A stretch of DNA of 64,000 bases from positions 66,712,001 to 66,776,000 of the forward strand of contig CM097886.1 in the NCBI GenBank assembly GCA_044892525.1. Reading direction: 5' to 3'. Numbering within the stretch: the stretch's first letter is position 1; the number at the start of each line of letters is the position of its first letter. The notes beneath the pieces are model-generated. The model ran no database searches and was not told where the DNA came from. It saw only the letters and a program-made list of their open reading frames with translations. The position numbers and the translations under genes are program-made. Of the stretch, positions 53,030 through 64,000 are shown piece after piece. The stretch is from Schmidtea polychroa (taxonomy: Eukaryota).

Positions 53030-53458
53030 TGAATCCAATATTACAATATTCGAAACGTCAGCTCGTCACACATGCCACTATCTCGCTTCTATATTAAATT
53101 AATTGTTATCAACACCAAATATCCTATTATTGAAATACTCATGCGCCATCAATATTCGAAGTTCTACTAACGAAAATATCAAATCGCATTACAAATCCTC
53201 AAATGAACATCAGATCACCCTTGATTGGAGCTATACCAAATATAAGTGGATCAATAATCACTCATTAATCTTCAATGACAAATCCATTGTTTACGATTAA
53301 TTAAACTCGTCGCATCCTGGATTGTATAAATGCATTGCTAGAAGAAATTCTGAATACAATCATCAAATAAAAATTCACAAACCTAATGGATTATTTTATG
53401 AATTTATCGAAGCATCAACATTCTTCAAACTTAATCGATTTTATGAATATATTTTAAA
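53030..53458 (+). pseudogene. Possible immunoglobulin-like domain remnant
   Basis: One frame gives YSC...LDW...LNSSHPGLYKCIARRNS (Ig C-W-GxYxC order) with two in-frame TAA stops. It is cut by a MITE at 53461. Confidence 0.35.
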
Positions 53459-53460
53459 TA

Positions 53461-53686
53461 CCGTATATTTCGGCGTATAAGGCGACCGTCAGATAAGACG
53501 AGGTACAAAATTAGAGCAAATTTTTATGATTTATCATATATCGGTTGTAGTAGTATTAATACAACTAGTATAAATACAACTACCTGTACTGTAATACTTT
53601 CTTTTATATCGGTTGTATAAGACGACCCACAATTTTCAAGGGTGATTTTTTGACTTTAGGGGCGTCTTATACGCCGAAATAGACGG
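53461..53686. mobile_element. pogo/Tigger-type MITE
   Basis: TA-CCGTATATTTCGGCGTATAAGGCGAC ... GTCTTATACGCCGAAATAGACGG-TA. Confidence 0.9.
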
Positions 53687-55321
53687 TAATTGTCTTATAT
53701 TCCTACAATAAAATCTTTTAAAGTTTATTATAGTTATTATAACTTTTTTATAAAAAATAATTTTTAATATAATATTCTACAAAATGAAATTTAAATAAAT
53801 TATTTTAATTTCATAAAATTACACACAGACATGTGATATACCACCATATATAGAGTAGTTTATTCATTTTTATAAACCGAATTCAATATATTACTGTTTC
53901 GTGTTTATTTAAATATAATATGCATGTGTCTACAAATAACATAAATCTGTTAATAAAATCAATAAAAAATTATAATAAATATTGAAATATTATCATCAAC
54001 GGTTTATGATCATTAATACTCAAAATTATATTGTCATCGAGATAAATTTTCAATAAGATCAAATATTGTTGCGACGATTAAGAATTGACTTCAAACGGTA
54101 ATTGTTAAATATATTAATAACTTTTTCATCAGCAATAGATGTTCACAAAATGAAATCGGTTCAAAATTCCACAAATCTTGCGAATACTACATTTTATTTT
54201 GTAAATCTTTTAATATCTAACTAATTAATGTAACAACTAATAATCAAACGCGCCGAAAAATGTTATTGACCAGAAAACATTTGTCTATAGTTGAAACTTA
54301 AATGAAGATAAAGGGAGTTTAAAGTGAAGGTGAAGATTTTACGAAACAACTAATATTATTCAAATTACAACAAATTTGCCACCAAATTAAATGGATTTAT
54401 ACTTGACCATCAAATTTGTATGAAAAATGGGAGGGTACCAATAAAATTTCCATCAACCAAACAGCGTCTTAATCTTAAAAATACCTAACTATTTAAAAAC
54501 CAGTCATAACGTTAGTAACTTTTGTTAGCAAAGGGTTCTTGAAAACACCAGAATGCTCTTGAAGTTAGATTTGAAAGAATATATTCTATAGCAAACAAAT
54601 GACGCAGAATTTATAATTATTCCAAATCCTTCTCCAAATCCCATTCTTAATAAAAGAAACAAATTCCATTATAATTGCTCGAAATAATTTTCATTAATTA
54701 ATAATATAAAGTGAAAAATAATATACAAATAATNNNNNNNNNNNNNNNNNNNNNNNNNNNNNNNNNNNNNNNNNNNNNNNNNNNNNNNNNNNNNNNNNNN
54801 NNNNNNNNNNNNNNNNNNNNNNNNNNNNNNNNNNNNNNNNNNNNNNNNNNNNNNNNNNNNNNNNNNNNNNNNNNNNNNNNNNNNNNNNNNNNNNNNNNNN
54901 NNNNNNNNNNNNNNNNNNNNNNNNNNNNNNNNNNNNNNNNNNNNNNNNNNNNNNNNNNNNNNNNNNNNNNNNNNNNNNNNNNNNNNNNNNNNNNNNNNNN
55001 NNNNNNNNNGCATTAAAAGAAAATATGTGATTGGCAGACGGAACTTATGAATCAACCAGTTATATCATCTCTGGACGTTAGTTTACATTGGTTATAGAAT
55101 TATTTGTCCGGTATCCAAATAATGGAATAGATTAAATATATTTTGTCATAATTCAAAATCTGACGTAGCCATAAATGAAATATTTTAAGCTGGCTATCAT
55201 ATTAAGTAGACTTTGTTAATGAATATTTCGTTACACGTTTGATCTTTGATCCAGGTCTAATCATAACCCATTTACAAATATTATCATGAATTCTACAACT
55301 CTCTAATCATTCAATTTATCA

Positions 55322-56951
55322 ATGGAGAAACTGAAAATAGAAAAATCCAATTTGACAAGTAGTTCTACTTACGTAACAATAGACATTGGAATATATTTAC
55401 TGAAATGCCTTTACATCAACCATGAAGATGATGAATACAATTCTGATTTACAAAACCATGATATTATTTTCACATGCAAGATCATCGAGGCTAAAAATGA
55501 ATTTTGTGAATTAATTAAAACAATTAAATCTAAAATAACAAATTTGACATTTTATCAAACCAAAATCGTCTTACTCTGTGGGATGAAGGCTAATCATTAT
55601 CGGTTGGATAAAAATATTATAATAAATAATTAACATAATTCAGAGGACAAATTTCTAAAATATTTGATTGTGAAGTAAAACTTGTATCTGAAATGCAGGC
55701 AATGTCAATTGGGCTTCGNNNNNNNNNNNNNNNNNNNNNNNNNNNNNNNNNNNNNNNNNNNNNNNNNNNNNNNNNNNNNNNNNNNNNNNNNNNNNNNNNN
55801 NNNNNNNNNNNNNNNNNNNNNNNNNNNNNNNNNNNNNNNNNNNNNNNNNNNNNNNNNNNNNNNNNNNNNNNNNNNNNNNNNNNNNNNNNAGAAAGTGTAG
55901 AATTTCCAATGTTATCAATGCACAGTAAGTCAATTGATATGGTTAGTTACTTTTTATGAAAACTATTTCACAATAAAATTAGTTTCGTAGATGTTGGAGT
56001 GATAAAATCGAAAAAGAATGCATCAATAAAATGAATAAGAATTTTCCAATTCTCTATGTTAGTGTAGGATCCGTATCAAGGTTTATATTAGTCAATGAAA
56101 CTGGAGAAGGAAAGGAGATTTCATTGAATACACTAGGGGGTGGTACATTTTTAGGACTAGCAAAAAGCTTGCTGAATGAAAATGTTTGTTTCTATCTTAT
56201 TTCAAATTNNNNNNNNNNNNNNNNNNNNNNNNNNNNNNNNNNNNNNNNNNNNNNNNNNNNNNNNNNNNNNNNNNNNNNNNNNNNNNNNNNNNNNNNNNNN
56301 NNNNNNNNNNNNNNNNNNNNNNNNNNNNNNNNNNNNNNNNNNNNNNNNNNNNNNNNNNNNNNNNNNNNNNNNNNNNNNNNNNNNNNNNNNNNNNNNNNNN
56401 NNNNNNNNNNNNNNNNNNNNNNNATTGTTTTTATTTATCAAAATTCCAGAATTTCAACAGTATTATATCTAAAGCTGAAAATGGAGATAAAGGAAATATT
56501 GATACCCAAAGAAAAGATATAAAACCCGCAAAAGATTTAGAAAATTCTTCGAGTGGAAGGTATTTGGCTGACTTGACTGTATTTCCATTTGGTAAAGCTA
56601 TGGATATTGAATCAAATTATACCTTACCGTACAAACTCGAAGACATTTCTCAATCTTTAGTTGCAATGATTATAGAGAGTGTTTCTTTTTTCAGCTTTCG
56701 TGTAGCGTTTATGACTTGTTGCAAAAGTGTAAGTTTTTAAAGAAAATCAAAAGTATTTAAATTGATCAACATTTCTATTTTAAAATTAGATTTATTATGG
56801 AGGGTGCTTATTCCAACCGAAAGCTTTTCGAATAGAATATAGAAAATTCTGTCAACGCTTACCAGAGTTAATAAAAAGTTATTTTCTAAAAACAGGAATG
56901 GAAACAAATATTGGTCTATTATTATTAAATAAAACAAATTTTACAATTTAA
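55322..56951 (+). CDS. Divergent type II pantothenate kinase-like protein, copy E (gap in exon 2)
   Basis: Exons 55322-55602, 55644-55941 (contains a gap), 55983-56183, 56450-56728, 56790-56951. Motifs VTIDIGIYLLK, VSEMQAMSIG, LYVSVGSVSRF, TLGGGTFLGL, FPFGK, EDISQSL. Confidence 0.85.
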
Positions 56952-59468
56952 ATACATTTAATTCGATATTATTAAATATTCAAATTCATGTTATTATATA
57001 AAATTTTGTTATAATACACGGAAATTAATATTTGAATTTTATTAGCAAAAGTATTTTTAATCTGTTTACTTTATGCAATTTTTTATGATTAAAACAGAAA
57101 ATTATTATAAGAAAAAATGAATATTTATCAGTGTTGTTTTAAAGTTAAATAGATGTTTAAACCAAAATTTGTTATATATTTTGTTTATATTGAATTTTAT
57201 ATATGATGAAAATAAAATTATTTTTCTGAGAATTGCTTTATTGGATGTTGTGAAAAAACAATAAATTAAGATATATGTGTTAAGATGTGTAAATTAATTA
57301 AAATTAAATTAAATTGTGTGTATAAAAGTCAAAATATTTTATGGAAAATAAATGGATAAATATTTAATAAGTAAGACCCAAAAATATTGAAATTCTATTT
57401 ACAATATAATTTTACACAAACATCTGTTCACACAATTAGTATATAATTCTGGACAGTAGATTTTTTCAACTCAAATCTAATCTTTATAACAAATAATTTG
57501 GTCAATAAACATATTACCTTAAATGAAACTGCCTCAAGCAATTTTCGAATACAATAGCTAATATTAGCTTACATTCTTTCTGTAAAACTTCACCTTAACA
57601 ACAATGTAACTCTGTCTCTACTTATGTAGAACTTAACCGACATCAAATCATTCAATCTGTAAGTCATATAATCACTTTCTAAATGTCCTATATAAACAAG
57701 TATAATGAATCTTACATATTTTGTTTTCTTACTAAAATGATTAATGTTGCCAACAAAATTTAATTAATTAATTAATTAAAGACTTCATCTATTCATAATT
57801 ACGCTATTATTATTTAGCTTTTAATTTTTAATATTTTAATTAATTTTGCACTTAATTTGTTTTTTTACTTTTGCTGCATTTTTAATTGATTTGCAATCGG
57901 TCTCTTGTTAAAATATTATTTACACTTATTTGCATAACCCCAACAATTTGTAGTTGATGTCTCTAACTTCTCCTCTTTTCCTCGACCAAGTTTCTATTGA
58001 CCCATTACTTGTCAAAATATTTTTCAAATCACAAAATCTGATTCCATAAAAACCTTTTTCAGCTTTTAATCCTCCAGAAATATGTTAATTTTTACCTTCA
58101 AAATTTAATAAATAGATTTTATACCACCCTAGAAAATGGCACCAGTGTTTCGATCTTACAAAATGAGTTTCCTCGTGGTTGAACGACAAGTTATCGCGCA
58201 TTTATTGATTTTTAAGTGGAAATTTGCAGAAGGACTTTTTGATTATTCTTAATATAGAAACCCTATTTTATACAGACATACTACACAAAAAAGATGTGTT
58301 CTTTAACAACAAACAAGATTTTATAAAAAAATCAAGGAAACTATTTTTTTTAATAGACGTTTTGTGTTTTTTGAGGAATCTTTTCGGGAGCATTGGGAAC
58401 GCGAAAAAACTAATCCTTCATGAAAAAGTAAAAGTTGCGTCTTGATTCAACTAAGAAGAATCTGAAATAAAATCCTCGAAAAGATTAGTTCTCCAAGAAA
58501 TTAAGACAAAGAAAAATCAATCGATAATTTTCAGAAATTCGGTTGTTTATTTATGATAGTTCATCGAAAAAATTGAGATATTTAGATGGGACTTTCAACC
58601 TTCCGAACTAGTTTTAAATAAAGATCTCGAATATGAATCGTGAAATATGAATCTTGGCTTAAATAAACTCATTATAGCAATAATAGCAATGTTTTTCTTT
58701 TAAATGTGTTTCATAACAAAGATCTCGAATATTTGTTTAAAAATCAAATAGTTGCGCGGGAAATTTCACATTTTTGAATTATTTTCATTTCAACATGTTT
58801 ATTAACTCTAAACGGTTATATAAACAATGTTTGTAAAACATTAATTTAAATGGATTTACAACTTGAAGCTATTTATAAAATTGTCGGCCCTAGTGATAGT
58901 GATAAAACGTTTTTTTGTATGTAAATTGTTGCAATATAATCTTGTTGTTGAAAAATTCCATAAAACTATTGGCACCAAGATTTGAAAACTGGAAAAGGTT
59001 TGACTCATTCAGAATTTTGTAAAGTTCAAATGGAAGAGAAGTTGATGATTTGTATCAAGAAACAAACAAAGAAAAGTATATTTAATAATTTTTTTACAAA
59101 GATTTCCAGACGTGTTGGAATTACAGTTATTTGTACAACCAAAACATACAAAATAAATGTTGTTAATCAGTATTATTTTGTTTATCTACATAGTTGAAAA
59201 AAAAAGAAAATTCAACAATTATTACAACTTTCGGAAAGGGGCTGTAGAATATCAATACAATATAGAAGTATTGCATCACAGAATATTATACACTTAACCT
59301 TAATAATATGTATCTTGAGACATTATTTGATATATTTAGTAACATTATTACGTAAGTTTTCCGATAAAATGTGTACTTATAATTCTCATTTAAGGACTTC
59401 GATAAAATTTTCAAATATAAATATTCTAAAAGTCGTTGAGTTTTATAACTTGTGAAAAATATAAGAAA

Positions 59469-62062
59469 ATGAAAACATTTAATATAGAAAAATCCATTCT
59501 TACAAATTCTGAATGCTTTCTCACAATTGACATTGGAGTTTCAACAATAAAATGCTTCTACCTCGACAAAGAAAATGACCATTATAACGAAAATTCACAG
59601 AATAATGATGTAATTTTTACATTAAAATCTACAAATTTCAACATTCAAATTGAAAACTTTCTACAAAATATCAAATCTAACTTGTCAACTCTTGAAACCA
59701 TTCAAACAAAATTAATATTAATTTGTGGAATTCAATGCAAACATTTTCAGTGAACCTTTGACGATTATAAAAATGAAATTTTAATGATAATCTCTTAGAT
59801 CGGAAATCTCGAAGGTGTTTGGTTGTGAGGTAAAGGTTGTATCAGAAATGACTGCGTTTGCGAATGGAGTGAGATATTTTATAAATCATCATGAAAGGGA
59901 TACATTTTACCATCCACCAGAAAGTGTGTCAAATATGTATGAGCAAGTTCATAGTAAAATGCTGGAAAATGTAATTATTTATATAAAAATTAATTTCAAT
60001 TAATTGTAATTTAGTTATTGAAAAGTTGGAAAGCAAAACGCGAGTTATTATTAAAGGATTCAACGAGTGAAGAATATCCATGTCTCTATGTGAATGGGGG
60101 ATCCAGTTGCCGTTATATATTAGTTGATGAATATGGTAAAGGAAAAGAGATTTCATTTAATAGTTACGGAGGAAGTACTTTCCAAGGCTTAGCAAAATGT
60201 CTAATAGATGAAAATGTAATTTAATTTATTAAGTTATAATCCTATGCTTATAGCTGAAGGGGAGGGGTAGAACTATAATATAAACTTTTTTTTCTTCAGA
60301 GCCATGGCCGTATTAATAAGTTTGAGCGCCCTGGGCTAAATAAAATTTTGCACCCCTACATACTCTTATTATAAAAATTCAATTTTATTTTCAAAAATTC
60401 AAAACTTAAATATGTATTTACGCAAAACAAAATTCAAAAAATTTATATAAATATGTGAATTAAATATTAATTTTTAATTTAAATATGTCTTTTGCGGCAT
60501 TTATTTTTAGCAAATATATCTATAATTTTCTTGTGATCCATTTTCTCAAGGACATCCGATTCTATTGACAAAATACTTAAATTATTTAATTTGTATTGTC
60601 CTAAAGATGATCTTAGATGATTTTTTATTCTCTTGAGAGTTGAAAACGACCTTTCTCCGCTACAATTTGTACAGGCGATACTTAAATATATTCGTAGAGC
60701 TGTTGTTATATTCGGAAAAGTGCATTCAATTTGCGATTCAATTATTGTTATATTTTTTCTCATCCATATAATTTATATGGATGAGAAAAAATATAACATT
60801 GAACACATTACTAACTTAAATCACAGATACGCTAAATATAAAGAAAATTACTTTTTTTTAAATTAAAAAAAAGCAATTAAATTTCACCATATTGTTTTCT
60901 TAGCGCCCCTGGGCTGTAGCCCAATTAGCCCTATGGTTAATGGGGCCATGTTCAGAGCTATTATAACTCTTTTTTGTCAGAGTAAACTTTCGATTTTATA
61001 ACTCTTCAAAAATTATAAATAAAATATTTTAATTTGGTTAAACATTGCTGAATTAAAAAAATACTATATAATATAAATAAAAAGTGATGATTACTTGGTA
61101 GCAGCATCAATTGAAAAGGGCTCCATTTTAGTCGAAATTTTTTTCATTTGTATTAAATATATTATTCGCAGCAAAAGGCCTTAATTATCATTAAATTGTT
61201 TTAAAATAAAAATATATTATAAAATTTTATTACTGCATTAAATCACATACATAGTTTTTATATTTAATTTTTAATTTATTTAATAATTGATTTAATATTA
61301 ATAATTCTTATAATTTTAATTTGATTATGTTAATTTCATCTTTAAATTATTAATAATTTATTTTTGATATATAATCTAACGTTGATTATGATTTATATTA
61401 AAAATATTAGATTAAAATTAAATAGCATTAAATTAAAATTTATCACTATTGCATAGTAATAGTTTAATTTATGTTATTGAGACTCTTATTTATTGTCATT
61501 AAGGTTCTTATTAATTGATTAAAAGATTTAATAATGTTTAATGATTCTTTTCAATTTACATATTTTAATTTAAGAACATAAATAAATTGCTTGCGATGGC
61601 TGAAATTGGAAACAGAGAAAATATTGACACTCAAATCAAAGACGTATTAGATGATAATAAACTGTCCCCATATGGAAAGTATCCACCAAATTTACCTATA
61701 TTTTCATTTGGTAAAGCAATGGATTATACTTCAACTGACAAAATTACATGTCAAAATGAAGACATTTCTCAATCCTTGGTGTCAATGATAGTTGACAATT
61801 CTGTATTCTTTGCTTTAAGGATAGCGACGATGACATTATGTAAAAAGGTTTGTAAAAAAAGTTCTGAAAATTTTATATTAAATGATTTTTTTTAATTTAG
61901 ATTTATTTTGGAGGTAATTTGTTTCAACACAAATCCTTTTTGGTGGAATACTCTAAATTCTGCATCAGGCTACCAGAAACAATAAAGACTCATTTTCTAA
62001 AGTGTGGATTCGAAACAAATATTGGTTTGGTGGTTGAAAATAATCAAACGGAATCCATTTAA
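59469..62062 (+). CDS. Divergent type II pantothenate kinase-like protein, copy F (362 aa)
   Basis: Exons 59469-59749, 59799-59970, 60015-60215, 61575-61847, 61901-62062 give an open frame. Exons 1-3 are nearly identical to copy D. Confidence 0.9.
60303..60950 (-). mobile_element. hAT non-autonomous element carrying the dimerisation domain, in intron 3 of copy F
   Basis: TIR CATGGCCGTATTAA / TTAATGGGGCCATG. Exact 8-bp TSD TTCAGAGC. ORF FPNITTALRIYLSIACTNCSGERSFSTLKRIKNHLRS. Confidence 0.93.
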
Positions 62063-62124
62063 ATTTAGTTTTAAAATAAAACCTATTAGTAATATTTTTT
62101 AATAATAACATTCATAAATAATTT

Positions 62125-62200
62125 ATTAAAAAGAAAGCTTGAAGACTATAAATCAGTAATATATCGATGTTTTTTGATACTCACGAATTTTCGGCACTAT
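62125..62200. repeat. Single copy of the repeat end found at the centre of the 17.6-kb palindrome
   Basis: GCTTGAAGACTATAAATCAGTAATATATCGATGTTTTTTGATACTCACGAATTTTCGGCACT matches about 17883-17944. A degenerate copy lies at about 10660-10695. Confidence 0.8.
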
Positions 62201-63439
62201 AATACAATCGTTTAATTATATATATATACGTTGCGGTATTTTAAATGCATTTTGTGATCATAATATTAATTATACTTTTGATGGAAATATAACTATTAAA
62301 AGTCAGTATAAAAGCAGAAAATAATAATAAATTTATTTATTTATAAAAATACATAATAAAATATTGTTCAAATTTAAACAAAAAATCTGATTTTTTTTCT
62401 ATAATTTTTAAAGTTTTTGAAAAACATACACGATTGAAAATATTGGAATTTAAAAAAGTGCCACGTAAAATCCATCTAGAAAAATTTACATTTAAATTTT
62501 AAAATAATAATTATAATGAGTACCGAATCAATTTCCAGCAAATTAAAAAAAGAAAATTTAATTGCTTACAAACTAATTTTTCAAAAGATAGGATGTAGAT
62601 ATGTAATTTTTAAATTGAATATAATAGAAGCAGACAATTTGTGAATCACACTCACGTGACATTCAACATTTAATTTATTAATAACATAAATAGCTACACC
62701 AAACCGTTTCCTATAATATAACAAAAAATCAATAATCTTACATTATAGAAACATACATACTTAGTTTGATTTCACGTTGATGTTCTCATTTATAGCTCAG
62801 TGAGATAAATCTTATACTATAGAAATCTGAAGTGGAAGAAAAATTAAAAACTGCACACAAGCACAACACATACTATAAAACACATACAAACTTTTGATTC
62901 GTAGAAGTGTAACGCTGAGATACGTTTATACAATAACTTTATTTTAGACAATTTTTAGAAAAAAAACGCTGAAAATTTTTTAAAATATATTTTTAATGAA
63001 ATTATCAAGAGCAGATGAATTTGGTTCAATATCTTTTCAATCAAGATTTGATTTCCTGAAAGAAGCCTTATTGAGCTCAGAAAAAAAAATTAAAAAATTA
63101 AAAAAATTATTTTAATCAGCGATTTTTCCCAAAATGTTTTAAAAAATACATATTTTTGGTGATTGATTTATTTAATTAATTATAATTAAAAATATATCTG
63201 ACTCACATTTTTTCGAAATAATTCCAAAATACTTAAAAATAAATCTCATAAAATTCCTAAAAAACCCTGAAAACTAATTAAAAATAATTTATAATTATAT
63301 TGTCGATTGAAAGTAATATTTAAGAACTTGAATAATGATCTCATATCTCATATGGATCAAAATTCAAGTCTTAAAACTTACTTTAAATAAAAAAAATACT
63401 TGAAATCCATTTGTAAAATAACTAAAATAAATTTTCAAA

Positions 63440-64000
63440 ATACATAAATGATGAGCAATTCAGTGTACATCAGGAGTGTACATCAAGCAACTGAAGCTAG
63501 CTACAAAATCTCACAGTGTATTAAAAATTTCGGAAAGCCATTCGGTGATTATATTACAGAGATTTTCCTCAAGTGCTCTGAAGTGCTGTTTGATTATCTT
63601 CCCAATAAAAACATAATTATTTCAAGGATAAAAGAAATGCCTACTCCTGCTAGGACGGTTGAGAGAGGCATTACAGAAATGGGTCAGAATATAAAAGAAC
63701 AGCACACTGATGCGTTAAGGAATGCTAGCGTCCTGAGTGTGGCACTTGTTGAGAGTGTTGATATAAACGGGATACCACATTTGTCAATTGTAACTAGACA
63801 CAGTGATACTGAAATGCGTGAGGAATTATGTTGTCTCGAATCTATGCATGGTAATACAACGAGAAAAGATATTTTAAAAACGTTTATCGATCATTTTGAA
63901 AAAAGAGAAATTGACATCAAGAAGATATTTGCTGTTACGACAGATGGTGCTCCTGCCATGGTAGGTAGGCTAAATGGATTCGTTAATTTACTTGAAGAAA
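63440..64000 (+). pseudogene. hAT (GTF2IRD2/ZBED5-like) transposase fragment, runs off the window
   Basis: ATEASYKIS...SVALVESVD (catalytic Asp replaced by Val)...EELCCLESMHGNTT...AVTTDGAPAMVG. Confidence 0.88.

Noticed and set aside
53030-53458. Stop-codon reassignment suggested by in-frame TAA codons in remnants
   Set aside because: Intact genes here end with both TAA (PanK A, D, E, F) and TGA (LEM, LRRD1, PanK B, C), consistent with the standard code.
54000-54660. Minus-strand GFGEG-containing membrane-protein-like text
   Set aside because: There are many stops and no splice model; chance is likely.
57950-59200. Possible P-element or integrase-like remnants
   Set aside because: Only short ambiguous motifs were seen, with no termini.
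1-64000. tRNA, rRNA or CRISPR arrays
   Set aside because: No cloverleaf, rRNA-like block or repeat-spacer array was seen; the tandem repeats have no unique spacers.

Overview
Very AT-rich eukaryotic DNA with short GT-AG introns (many 40-60 nt) and nine N-gaps. The gene content is animal-type, and a compact-genome invertebrate, possibly a parasite, is my inference only. The main feature is an array of six five-exon paralogues of type II (fumble-family) pantothenate kinase, with open frames wherever sequence is visible. Three lie on the minus strand (7.7-35.8 kb) and three on the plus strand (46.5-62.1 kb), diverging around an LRRD1 orthologue and a cluster of solo-LTR-like repeats. All six keep the ATP/catalytic Asp, Lys, Glu and Ser. 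All six replace the two pantothenate-contacting residues: human PANK3 Ser195 becomes Lys/Arg and Arg207 becomes Leu/Glu. The copies are also mosaics of near-identical and hypervariable tracts. A complete type I hammerhead ribozyme with a palindromic helix III (retrozyme/Penelope type) lies on the minus strand at 27726-27788, between two gaps. Other features are an emerin-like LEM-domain gene, an intronic actin pseudogene, an Ig-like remnant, a 477-bp palindrome, and many hAT, pogo/Tigger, Tc1, piggyBac-like and Gypsy elements, several with exact target-site duplications. Exon models were spliced and translated by hand; nothing was checked against a database.
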